Below, piece after piece: positions 20,447 to 29,316 of a stretch of DNA of 64,000 nt. Below the pieces are notes generated by a model. That model did not search any database and was not told the DNA's origin. It saw only the letters and a program-made list of their open reading frames with translations. How positions within the stretch are numbered: position 1 is the stretch's first letter; every line of letters begins with the position of its first letter. The stretch comes from an uncultured Clostridia bacterium (GTDB taxonomy: Bacteria > Bacillota > Clostridia > Christensenellales > UBA1242), in NCBI GenBank assembly GCA_944382715.1, contig CALWNC010000001.1, forward strand, positions 304,496 through 368,495. The letters run 5' to 3'. The position numbers and the translations under genes are program-made.

Positions 20447-21187
20447 TTACATATTTCTTTCAGCTTCTAAGTTATTTAAAAAAGACTGAATTTCATTTGA
20501 ATAAGGCTGTGATGCTAGTTCTTGTAAAAATTGATTTGCTAGTGCCTTCTCTTTCCTTGAAGATGTAAAATAACTAAGATTTTTTGCTAATGAAAACTTT
20601 ATCTGATTATTTTCTCTATCTACTACATAATTGGAAATCAAATCTTTTCTAACTTGATTTACACAATCTTTCAAATCCGTACTATTATGAAGTGGTACTG
20701 ACCTTTGAATTTCAACAGCCATCTCACACTGACTTGGGTTGTTAATAGCTATTCCACTATTCCAAAAGCTATTAGCACAATCTCTCTTACTTTTTGTATA
20801 AGTTTCATTCCTAATCTTTTCTTCCAATTCATGAATTTGAGATTCCAAATGTTCATCAAACAAAAGTCCATCTCGTCTTTTAGAAATAAGCCTACTATAT
20901 TCAAGTGCAAAATTAGAGCTTTTTTCGTCAATTTCCTTTCTATTATAGTAATAATATTTATTTAATTTTGCATAATCACCATCTGGTGTTTGATTTTTTG
21001 AATAATCGTCTATAATTTTGTCAATTTTTTGATTTTTTTGTGATGAAAATAAATAATAATTTTGTACAGCATTAATTTGTCCAAGTTCGGCAAGTCTAGT
21101 AAGTACATTCATATCCATTTTCCCACTAAGCAAATAATTGGACCAAAGAATTATAAAATCATTATCTAAATTTAAAACTTTTGTCAT
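20447..21187 (-). CDS. hypothetical protein (helical)
   Basis: Start reassigned to the ATG at 21187 after AAGGAGA; 246 aa; no family recognised. Confidence 0.65.
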   Translation of the reverse strand: MTKVLNLDNDFIILWSNYLLSGKMDMNVLTRLAELGQINAVQNYYLFSSQKNQKIDKIIDDYSKNQTPDGDYAKLNKYYYYNRKEIDEKSSNFALEYSRLISKRRDGLLFDEHLESQIHELEEKIRNETYTKSKRDCANSFWNSGIAINNPSQCEMAVEIQRSVPLHNSTDLKDCVNQVRKDLISNYVVDRENNQIKFSLAKNLSYFTSSRKEKALANQFLQELASQPYSNEIQSFLNNLEAERNM

Positions 21188-21354
21188 TACTATTCTCCTT
21201 TGGGATATTATAGCAAAAATACAATCAAAATACAATAGTAAAAATAATATTATTTTTAAAGAAATTCCATTTAAGAAAAGAAATAAAATTAATTTAAAAT
21301 TTAATAAGTATTTACAAAAATAACACACCCAAAATAAGGTGTGTTATCATCAAT

Positions 21355-21705
21355 TTAAACATTTTCTTTTATAGTATCGCTAACTTCTGTAACAATACCA
21401 ACAAATTTTGACCATGTGCTAGGGAAGAACATCATAAGCACAACAAGAGCAATCATAACATAGAAAATAATTCTAAATACGATGTGCTTGTCAGCCACAA
21501 ATTCAATTCCAACAAGAGCAACAACAATAAGAGGGGCAAATGTCTTAATAATGTTTAAAACATTCATAATAAATGAGCCTTCTGGAATGAATGGCACTTG
21601 TGCATTAATGCAAAGAACAAGATAAGCAATAACAGTAACAACAGCAGCAATACACCCTATTACGTCAAAAATTTGTCTTCTTACTTCTCTACTATTATCT
21701 ACCAT
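21355..21705 (-). CDS. small 3-TM membrane protein
   Basis: AAGGAG RBS, hydrophobic, terminator hairpin at 21321-21346. Confidence 0.7.
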   Translation of the reverse strand: MVDNSREVRRQIFDVIGCIAAVVTVIAYLVLCINAQVPFIPEGSFIMNVLNIIKTFAPLIVVALVGIEFVADKHIVFRIIFYVMIALVVLMMFFPSTWSKFVGIVTEVSDTIKENV

Positions 21706-21838
21706 AATTTTAATCTCCTTATTTATTACTCCAATAATACCACATTAAAATTTTATTTGTCAATAAAATGAAAAGCAAATAAAGAAATTTCTTTTTGAGT
21801 TTTTTGTTACAAAAAAATGGTAGTTGCATATAATATAT

Positions 21839-21964
21839 TAGACTTGACAAAGTTCAAGTCTACTACACAAAAGAAGAACGCTACAAATTTTTCAAATAAT
21901 AAATCTCTTTTCCTTAAAACTTTACTCTTCAATGCAAAGGCGTACGCCTTTGCATTTTTATTTT
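21839..21964 (+). ncRNA. candidate ~120-nt small RNA
   Basis: TATAAT at 21829-21834, 5' hairpin at 21839-21862, perfect 26-bp palindrome at 21931-21956 plus T-tract, no ORF. Confidence 0.4.
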
Positions 21965-21985
21965 GGTATTACATATAATATATTT

Positions 21986-22108
21986 ATGAGAGAAAATAAT
22001 AAAAATAACCTTTATACATGTGAAACTAACAGAATTGACCAAAATTTAAGAAAATTTGTCAAACAAAAAAGAATAAGCGTAATTAACAAACACAGAAACA
22101 AAACTTAA
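21986..22108 (+). CDS. possible leaderless 40-aa basic peptide
   Basis: TATAAT 6 nt upstream of the ATG; MRENNKNNLYTCETNRIDQNLRKFVKQKRISVINKHRNKT. Confidence 0.25.
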   Translation: MRENNKNNLYTCETNRIDQNLRKFVKQKRISVINKHRNKT

Positions 22109-22438
22109 AACAAAGCCACCACAAATTTCCAAATAAAATCTTTTTTATTGAGCAAAATTAATTTAATAAATATAGAAGATTAAAGATAAAAATTTACCAT
22201 TATAAAAACATTTCCAATTAATATAAAAATAAATTTTTATTTGCATTTTTTATGCAAGATTTTTACTTTAAAATAAAGTATTATTAGATATCAATGTATT
22301 TTTTTATTTTTTTTCATATAAAAAGAGCTTAAAATCTAACATAGAAATACTTAAGCTCTTTTTATTAACTTAAATTTTGAATATCACTTGTAGATTACTA
22401 TAAATATTGGGGCAGTTAAAATTTAAAGTACTGCCCCA

Positions 22439-23665
22439 TCAGGCGACAGCGTTTTCTGGAAGCGTACGATTTGCCTTAAACCAATCGGTATCTTTCAAAA
22501 CTGTATCATTGTTTGAACACATAACAATGGTATCGTTACTTCCCGTCGAACAAATTGTTATATTACCATTAAACGATTCAAACTGATTTGAAGAGTAATC
22601 TATACAAAGTGTCGTAACATATATTCGAGAAGTGTAGATTGAAACATTGTCAATAAACTCCTGCGTTGGAAATTGGTTCTCATTTTTTGTAGTGTACTCA
22701 CTACTTCCCGCAACACAGCAAACTACGACTATTTTTGGCTGAATTACTGCCATAAGTTTAGCAGAGGAAGAAGTTTTTGAACCGTGATGACCTGCCTTAT
22801 AAAGCTCTACACTTGAAAGTTTTCCTGAATTTCTTTCATCGTCAACCAAAGATTCTTCCCCATCTTTTTCAAGGTCGCCGGTAAATAAATACTTCTTTGT
22901 TCCCTGAATTATTTGAAAGCACACTGAAAAATTATTTTCAGTCGTAGTTTCAAGTTTGCCCTGACTAGTATAAAATTTTGTATACAAAATTTGAAGCCAA
23001 ATTGTATTGCCGTCACTATCAGTGCCAAGGTCATACATACTCTGAGCTTGAAAACCTTGATAGTTAATAGTTTCTTCACTGCATTCAAGAGCCGTGAAGT
23101 GTTTTGCACCACTAGTGGTTGCTTCGCCAAGCTCTCTTAGATAGTTTGAATGCATATTTGCCGTGTCTGACTTTCTAGTCTGAGCAAATGTTATAATTGT
23201 TCCAATTGACTTTCCATTAGTTCCATCATTTCTATAGTGGTCAAACAAACTTTCAGTAGTGGCATTTGTTGCGTATCCTGCATAGTGGTCCTCATGGGCA
23301 TGTGTAATAATTATGTAATCCATTACATCGTCCGTCATAAACTCATCAACATAACTAGTTATGGTTGAAACACTGCTAGTCTTTGAACCACCATCAATCA
23401 AAATATCTGTGTCGCCAACTTTAATATAAATGCAATCTCCCGTGTACTTGTTTCCAAGTTCTAAAAAATGGATTGATAAATCACTATTTGAAATTACTCC
23501 TGCGTCAGGAGTGCCTGATACAACACTACTAGATGACGAAACCTTTGAAGGAATTTTGTAAGAATCGGGTAAACTTACAAAAATGTTGCCTACAACGCCA
23601 ACAGCAAATCCAACAATAAAGCAAATAAGTGAAACGAAGAATATTTTAATTTTACTACTGCGCAT
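22439..23665 (-). CDS. membrane-anchored MBL-fold metallohydrolase (ComEC C-terminal/Rec2-like)
   Basis: GD..YI, IDGG, THAHEDH, NFS, LFTGD and GHHGS motifs; N-terminal TM. Confidence 0.82.
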   Translation of the reverse strand: MRSSKIKIFFVSLICFIVGFAVGVVGNIFVSLPDSYKIPSKVSSSSSVVSGTPDAGVISNSDLSIHFLELGNKYTGDCIYIKVGDTDILIDGGSKTSSVSTITSYVDEFMTDDVMDYIIITHAHEDHYAGYATNATTESLFDHYRNDGTNGKSIGTIITFAQTRKSDTANMHSNYLRELGEATTSGAKHFTALECSEETINYQGFQAQSMYDLGTDSDGNTIWLQILYTKFYTSQGKLETTTENNFSVCFQIIQGTKKYLFTGDLEKDGEESLVDDERNSGKLSSVELYKAGHHGSKTSSSAKLMAVIQPKIVVVCCVAGSSEYTTKNENQFPTQEFIDNVSIYTSRIYVTTLCIDYSSNQFESFNGNITICSTGSNDTIVMCSNNDTVLKDTDWFKANRTLPENAVA

Positions 23666-24416
23666 CGTCTTCCCCCCTTAAAACAATAATGTTTCTAATA
23701 AGTTTTACCGTGCTATATTTCTTTGACGGAGCCGTGTAGACTGCATAGTAAATTCCCTCTACACTTGTATCAACCCCATCAACTTCTACTTCGTCCATAG
23801 AAAGATCATTGCGATAATAATAGGTAACTTTAAATTCATCTGAGCAGTCCCTGCCAAAGGCAACACAATTAACTCCGAGTTCTCTATAATACTGATACTC
23901 CTCGTCCTGACCAATGACAATATCTGCTTCACCATTGTCATAGCAAACCATAGCATAGACATCGTTTTTGCAAATTATATGGGCAGTAAAAAAACCACCA
24001 AGTGCACCTATTAATAAAAAGAAGATTGAAAATGCCAAGATAAGTGCTTTTTTTGATTTTTTTGATGATGAAGAAGTCTTTTTCTTTTTTGATTTTGTGT
24101 TTGATGTGATATTAGCCACATCTTTAAGTGTGCTCACAGTCGTTTCAAAAAAAGAATTGTCTGGCTTCTTTGTTTTTGATGATTTAGAAGAAGTCCTCTT
24201 TTTTGTAGTACTACTTGATTTTCCACTAGACGACTTTGAAGTCGTCTTTTTTGATGCACTATTAGTTTTCTTTGTACTGCTTGACTTTGAAGATGAACTT
24301 GTTGATTTTTTTGAAGTGCTTTTGCCTTGAGAAAGACCTGAAGCCAAAGAACTTATTGCATCTTTAGCTGATTCTGACTTACTCGTTTTTGTGGCTTTCA
24401 TTTCTGAATAATCCAT
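23655..24416 (-). CDS. Ser/Lys-rich single-pass membrane protein with an Ig-like C-terminal domain
   Basis: Low-complexity S/K/T N-terminus, one TM, C-terminal VDTSVEGIY..VY...R.I.V Ig-like signature; overlaps the MBL gene. Confidence 0.7.
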   Translation of the reverse strand: MDYSEMKATKTSKSESAKDAISSLASGLSQGKSTSKKSTSSSSKSSSTKKTNSASKKTTSKSSSGKSSSTTKKRTSSKSSKTKKPDNSFFETTVSTLKDVANITSNTKSKKKKTSSSSKKSKKALILAFSIFFLLIGALGGFFTAHIICKNDVYAMVCYDNGEADIVIGQDEEYQYYRELGVNCVAFGRDCSDEFKVTYYYRNDLSMDEVEVDGVDTSVEGIYYAVYTAPSKKYSTVKLIRNIIVLRGEDDAQ

Positions 24417-24664
24417 TAGTTCCTCCTTTTATACACTTATAATATATTACAAATTCTCTCAAAAAGCAAAAAAAGAAACAAAAAAAATAACAAAAATTGA
24501 GTTTTTTGTTAATTTTATAATTTTTATGTCAAATTTTAACAAATTTTAAGTAATTTTGCATTTTTTTAAATTAATTTTTTACTATACTGCAAGGTTTAAA
24601 ATAATTTTTAAAAAACTTGCTTTTGTAAGGAACGAATAAATAACACAATTTTTATTTTCATTCT

Positions 24665-25110
24665 TTACAGTCCAATTAATCTTTTCCATAAAAACATTTC
24701 TTTAAGCTTTAATTTCATTCTACTTGCATACTCTTCTAAAATATTGTTAATTTCTGATTCATTTTGATAGAACATATCATCACAATCATTAAGCTTATTT
24801 ATTGCTTCTTCATTATCTACATCTTTATTTAAGACTAAATATGCGCCATATGCTTCTTTAAAATTATTTTTTAAATTTTCAGGCAAAATCTTTTCAATAG
24901 ATGCAATTTCTTTTTGTAAAATTCCTCTTTCTTCCATATTAGAAAAGTATTGGTCATGTCCACCATTATTAACTTCACTTTGATAGGTCATTAACTCTGC
25001 AAAAGGTGACTCTGCACGCTCTTCAGTCCAAAGGTCCCACATCTTATTCCATTTTTTTTGTTCGTCAGATAACTTTTCATTTTTTTCTTTAAACTATCAA
25101 AAATTTTCAT
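24665..25110 (-). pseudogene. DUF4375 (DMP19-like) protein, frameshifted in an A7 run near the N-terminus
   Basis: EVNNGGHDQYF motif; the GGAG-preceded ATG at 25110 is out of frame with the main ORF (24665-25042) by one base at the homopolymer 25080-25086. Confidence 0.55.
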
Positions 25111-25135
25111 AAAATAATACTCCAAAAAAATATTC

Positions 25136-26836
25136 TCAACTTAATAATATTTTATCATAAAGTGGCATTGTTAAGTATCCATTTAATTTCTTACTATAAT
25201 TTTGAATTATTTTAGAAACAATATCAATTTCTTCCGTCCAAACAAACCATTTTTCTACATAATCTTTTGCCATTAATACATCACCATCAATTTGAAGCCT
25301 GATAACTTCTTTCATTATTTGTTTTGTCGTTTGTTTGATTTTTTCAAAATCAAAAATTAATTTTCCCTGTTCATCAAAAGTTATTGACTTTGTCTTTATC
25401 ATTCTATTGACAATCATACATGATCTAACTTTATGTGGTTCGGTCAGAGATGGTTTTCCCTTTAAAAAGCTTGAGGCAAGACTTGTTACCATTATTTGCT
25501 TAGCCTGTTTTTCTGTAAAGAGTTTTTTTTCTACAAAATTATCCAAAAAAGCATACATTCCCATATCAGCCTTATACTCTTCAAGAATTGAAGTATACTT
25601 TCCAAGATTAACATTACTTGGACCAAGCGTATGAGTGTTTTCGTGGCAGATTGTTGCCCAATGGTCTGCTTCTGGGTAAAAATATTCATACTGACTGTCA
25701 GTTATTAGGTTTTTATAAAGTCTTCGATTTGTCTTTTTTCTAATTTGTCTATGATATACATTTCTTCTTCCACCACCTTTTTTTAATGAAAGTTTATCGT
25801 CATTTGGCAGATTTTGTGCAAGTACAATCCCTGCCCTGTATGCACCTTCTTCGCCAGTTAAAGAAATTATGTCAACATCGACAGCTGTTTGTGGAATGTT
25901 CCCTGAGGAAGAATTTCTCTCATACTCTTGCCTATAAGGCATATACTCTGCTTCTATTTCAGTTAATTTTTTAAGTTTATTTAAAAATTTAGTACCTCGT
26001 TTATTGACAATTCCAACTCTCGCTCCAAGCGAATCTTTACTATTAATATCAATGTCAAGTGCTTTAAGTCTATTGCAGAGTTTTTCATTTTCAAAAATTG
26101 TATTAGTCATTTGTTCGTCATAGTTTTCTCTTGTAATTGTAAATTCTAAATTAGACTTATCAAGCTTTGCCCATGCAATATCAGCTTTTGCATCAATCTC
26201 TATGTCAACACATCTAAGTGCCTGTGCTTGCAAATTTAAATACTCTGCAAACTCTTTATCCTCGCATAAATTTTTAGCTTGTTCAAGTTCTGCCGCAATC
26301 TCTTCAAACTCTGGAAAATAGTCGACATAATCAATTGAAGTTAATTTATCACCATTTCTTACGACAACTGTTCTTTGACTGAGAATGTTTTTAACTTCTT
26401 GAACTTCACCTTCATCAAGCATTTTATCTAAAATTTGATGAAATTCAAAAGGCTCCAAGTCTTCAGGATAAAATCCAAGTCCCGGGGTCTTTTTTAAACT
26501 CTTTGTTAGGACAATTTCATTACCCAGAGCATCAGGAGAAAAAGCGCCCTTTTGTGAATCAAATAATTTTTTTGTAAGGTATGCCTGTTTATTACCTTTT
26601 TCAATTTCTTGATTTAAAAAAGCTAAAAATTCTAAATTCTTATGATTATCAAGTTTTAGCCAAATTTGGTCAAACCATTTACTTGCCTTTACAAGATGAA
26701 AGATTACTTCTTTTTCACTACCTGTAAGTTTTTGGTACTCTGGGCTTGTATCTGACAAAAGCTTTATTTCTAAGTAGTGTTTTTTTGAAGTTCGCATGCT
26801 AAGTTCTTTAAGAGATAAATTTAAATTAAATGTCAT
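25136..26836 (-). CDS. peptidase M49 (dipeptidyl peptidase III-like)
   Basis: GFYPED, AQNLPND, HENTH zinc motif, EEYKAD. Confidence 0.8.
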   Translation of the reverse strand: MTFNLNLSLKELSMRTSKKHYLEIKLLSDTSPEYQKLTGSEKEVIFHLVKASKWFDQIWLKLDNHKNLEFLAFLNQEIEKGNKQAYLTKKLFDSQKGAFSPDALGNEIVLTKSLKKTPGLGFYPEDLEPFEFHQILDKMLDEGEVQEVKNILSQRTVVVRNGDKLTSIDYVDYFPEFEEIAAELEQAKNLCEDKEFAEYLNLQAQALRCVDIEIDAKADIAWAKLDKSNLEFTITRENYDEQMTNTIFENEKLCNRLKALDIDINSKDSLGARVGIVNKRGTKFLNKLKKLTEIEAEYMPYRQEYERNSSSGNIPQTAVDVDIISLTGEEGAYRAGIVLAQNLPNDDKLSLKKGGGRRNVYHRQIRKKTNRRLYKNLITDSQYEYFYPEADHWATICHENTHTLGPSNVNLGKYTSILEEYKADMGMYAFLDNFVEKKLFTEKQAKQIMVTSLASSFLKGKPSLTEPHKVRSCMIVNRMIKTKSITFDEQGKLIFDFEKIKQTTKQIMKEVIRLQIDGDVLMAKDYVEKWFVWTEEIDIVSKIIQNYSKKLNGYLTMPLYDKILLS

Positions 26837-26926
26837 AAAATCACCTTTTTATATATTTTTTGATGGAAAATTGCAGTTTTTTGCGATAGTAAATAAAAAA
26901 AGTATATCTTAAAAATATACTTTTAC

Positions 26927-27322
26927 TTATCTTTTTCCTTTGTTTCGCCTTATGATATTTAAGACAATACTTGAAATAAATAGGATAATAAAGATGATTG
27001 CCGTTACGCAGAAAAAAACTTGAAAAACTAAACACGAATTTGCAAGTTCTAAGTTATCATTATTTAGATAATGATTTCTTTCAGTTGTAAAAAACAAAAA
27101 GCCTAAAAAACATACAATACTCATCACTCCCACAAAGCCAAGAGCAGGAGTATAACTAAGCCTATAATTTAAATTCTCAAAAAAAATCTTAAATTTTGAC
27201 TTTGGCCTTTCATAGTAAATTGAATTGTCATTTGAACTTATTGTACTTGAAACCTCACTCTCTTCACTAATATTAGATTCATGGTTTTCAGTTTCTGTAT
27301 CCATTCGAGACTCTTCTGCCAT
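26927..27322 (-). CDS. hypothetical 2-TM protein
   Basis: GGGGGAG RBS before the ATG at 27322; two hydrophobic segments. Confidence 0.6.
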   Translation of the reverse strand: MAEESRMDTETENHESNISEESEVSSTISSNDNSIYYERPKSKFKIFFENLNYRLSYTPALGFVGVMSIVCFLGFLFFTTERNHYLNNDNLELANSCLVFQVFFCVTAIIFIILFISSIVLNIIRRNKGKR

Positions 27323-27479
27323 AACAATTCTCCCCCCCAAACTATCTATTTCAAAATTCGAATAATAAAATGTTAAATGTTCAATTTAGAAATATCAAAA
27401 TTTTATTCATAAAATTAATTGTAATAATTTTGTGATAAAAGATTTGAGTTTGCCCAATTTGAACAAATAATCAAATTAA

Positions 27480-28076
27480 CTAAATTTCTTTTCTGTCGTG
27501 AAGTGCCCTTGAAAGTGTTACTTCATCTGCGTATTCAAGCTCACTGCCAATAGAAATTCCCTGAGCTATTCTTGAAACTTTTATTTGAAGAGGCTTTAAA
27601 AGTTTTGCAATGTAAAGCGCTGTTGCCTCACCTTCAACATCGGGATTTGTTGCAAGTATAACTTCTTCCGTTTCATTATTACTTATTCTATCAAGCAGTT
27701 CTTTAATTCTAATGTCGTTTGGACCAATACCAGAAATTGGATTGATTGTTCCATGAAGAATATGATATTGCCCCTTAAATTCTCCCGTCTTTTCTATTGC
27801 CATAGCATCTTTTGGCTCTTTTACAACGCAAATAATTTTAGCACTTCTATCTCTGCAAATTTTACATGGTGAGCTATCAGTGTAGTTCCCACATATCTCA
27901 CAAAATGTTATTTTACTTTTCACGTCCATAATACTTGTAGCTAGATTTCTGGCATTTTCTTCACTAGTACGAATTATGTAATATGCATATCTTTCTGCCG
28001 TTTTCTTCCCAACTGCTGGCAATTTTGAAAATTCATTTATAAGTCTTGCAATTGGTTCAATTTTGTTTATGTCCAC
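27480..28076 (-). CDS. recR: recombination mediator RecR
   Basis: HhH LPAVGKKTA, C4 zinc finger, Toprim EVILATNPDVEGEAT. Confidence 0.96.
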   Translation of the reverse strand: MDINKIEPIARLINEFSKLPAVGKKTAERYAYYIIRTSEENARNLATSIMDVKSKITFCEICGNYTDSSPCKICRDRSAKIICVVKEPKDAMAIEKTGEFKGQYHILHGTINPISGIGPNDIRIKELLDRISNNETEEVILATNPDVEGEATALYIAKLLKPLQIKVSRIAQGISIGSELEYADEVTLSRALHDRKEI

Positions 28077-28396
28077 TAAATTAAGCCCCCAAGTGCACCG
28101 AGCTTACTCTGCTTCATTTCATCGGCTTTTGCTTTTGCATCGTTAAATCCTGCTATAATTAAATCCTCTAACATTTCAACATCATCGCTATCCACAACGC
28201 TACTATCAATGTGCAAGCCAACCATTTCAAATTTACCGTTAATTTCAACCTTAACCAGTCCACCACTAGCAGTTCCTTCAAAAATTGTATTATCTAACTC
28301 TTCCTTTGCACGCATTGCCTCTTCCTGCATTTTTTGTGCCTGACGCATCATTGCCTGCATATTATTTGCACCACCAAATCCACCAAATTTATTCAT
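28076..28396 (-). CDS. ybaB: YbaB/EbfC nucleoid-associated protein
   Basis: MQAMMRQAQKMQ, GGLVKV, DVEMLEDLI; located between dnaX and recR. Confidence 0.93.
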   Translation of the reverse strand: MNKFGGFGGANNMQAMMRQAQKMQEEAMRAKEELDNTIFEGTASGGLVKVEINGKFEMVGLHIDSSVVDSDDVEMLEDLIIAGFNDAKAKADEMKQSKLGALGGLI

Positions 28397-28519
28397 ATTA
28401 ACTCCTTTAATAAATATTATTTAAACTAGTTATAGGCAAATCAAAAATTAATAGACCCAATTTTAAGTTTTGCCATAACTATTTTAATCAACAACTTAAA
28501 ATCATTATCTTTTGCCTGC

Positions 28520-28724
28520 TCTTACATTTTAGCAAAGTCACAATAAAGAAAAGACTTCCAAAAGGACTTATCTTTGTAAAATCCAAACTAAAAGTTTTGT
28601 TAAAAACTTTATCAGTTTTATTTTAAGCTACAAAAAGAACCATCAAGATAATTGCTTTTACCATTTGAAAACCATCAGGTGCCCTCCAAATGTGATTTCT
28701 CCACACTTGACAGCCACTTCTGAT
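28520..28724 (-). ncRNA. candidate structured leader RNA/ncRNA upstream of ybaB-recR
   Basis: Starts just after TTGAAA-16-TATAAT (28731-28758); 28633-28721 folds by eye into a four-way junction; further hairpins downstream. Confidence 0.4.
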
Positions 28725-28773
28725 ATTATTATTATAATGTCTTTTTATTTTTTTTCAAATCTTTTTTACATAT

Positions 28774-29316
28774 TTAATTAGTTTTGTCATCTGTTTTTAT
28801 AATTTTTAGTTTTCCACCAACTAGCGCGTTGAGTGTATCTTTATCGTCAACCTCGCTCAAGGCTGACTTTGGCTTAAAGCCCAGATTTTTTGAGTTGAAA
28901 AATCCTTCAAGTACTTCGGTGTAGTTACTCTTTGTAAATAATTCCTGAACCTCAATATCTTTATACTCAATTTCTGCAATTCCATTAATTATATTAATGC
29001 TTTCAATCTTACGACAAATCATAAGCATTGACATATACTTATTTTCTTTTAGAAATTTTAAGAGCTCACCTAAAATAACAATTCCTTCATCAATTTCGCT
29101 TTTTGAGGTGTCATCAAAAACCACGGTTTCTTCTTTAATTTTTTTTAACTCAGAATTTAATTCTTCCACAACATCATCAATATTTTCATTGTTTTGAGTG
29201 TTTTTTTTAATATTTTTAATATTTTTTGCAGTTTTTAAATCCGGGCTATTATCTGGGAAAAATATTATTAACTTTTTCTTCAAGTCTTTCAACTCTTTCT
29301 GCAAGTGAACTTGCAT
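28774..29316 (-). CDS. probable DnaX tau C-terminal portion, in the +1 frame overlapping the dnaX 3' end
   Basis: 68-nt overlap with dnaX; no RBS; low-complexity linker followed by a compact domain ending L..LVGGKLKI, at the position expected for tau domains IV/V. Confidence 0.6.
   Translation of the reverse strand: MQVHLQKELKDLKKKLIIFFPDNSPDLKTAKNIKNIKKNTQNNENIDDVVEELNSELKKIKEETVVFDDTSKSEIDEGIVILGELLKFLKENKYMSMLMICRKIESINIINGIAEIEYKDIEVQELFTKSNYTEVLEGFFNSKNLGFKPKSALSEVDDKDTLNALVGGKLKIIKTDDKTN

Noticed and set aside
24569-24688. Short minus-strand ORF MEKINWTVK... overlapping the DUF4375 end
   Set aside because: No RBS and no recognisable motif; at most a gene remnant
25136-26836. M49 peptidase with HEXXH rather than HEXXGH
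   Set aside because: Pentapeptide-motif DPP III enzymes are already described in bacteria and plants
28670-28724. ZMP/ZTP riboswitch, SRP RNA or tRNA identity for the ybaB leader
   Set aside because: Loose resemblance to the ZTP 5' half but no 3' GYCGACCGYCUGGGCA; no SRP GGAAGGAAGCAGC domain; no T-loop or CCA
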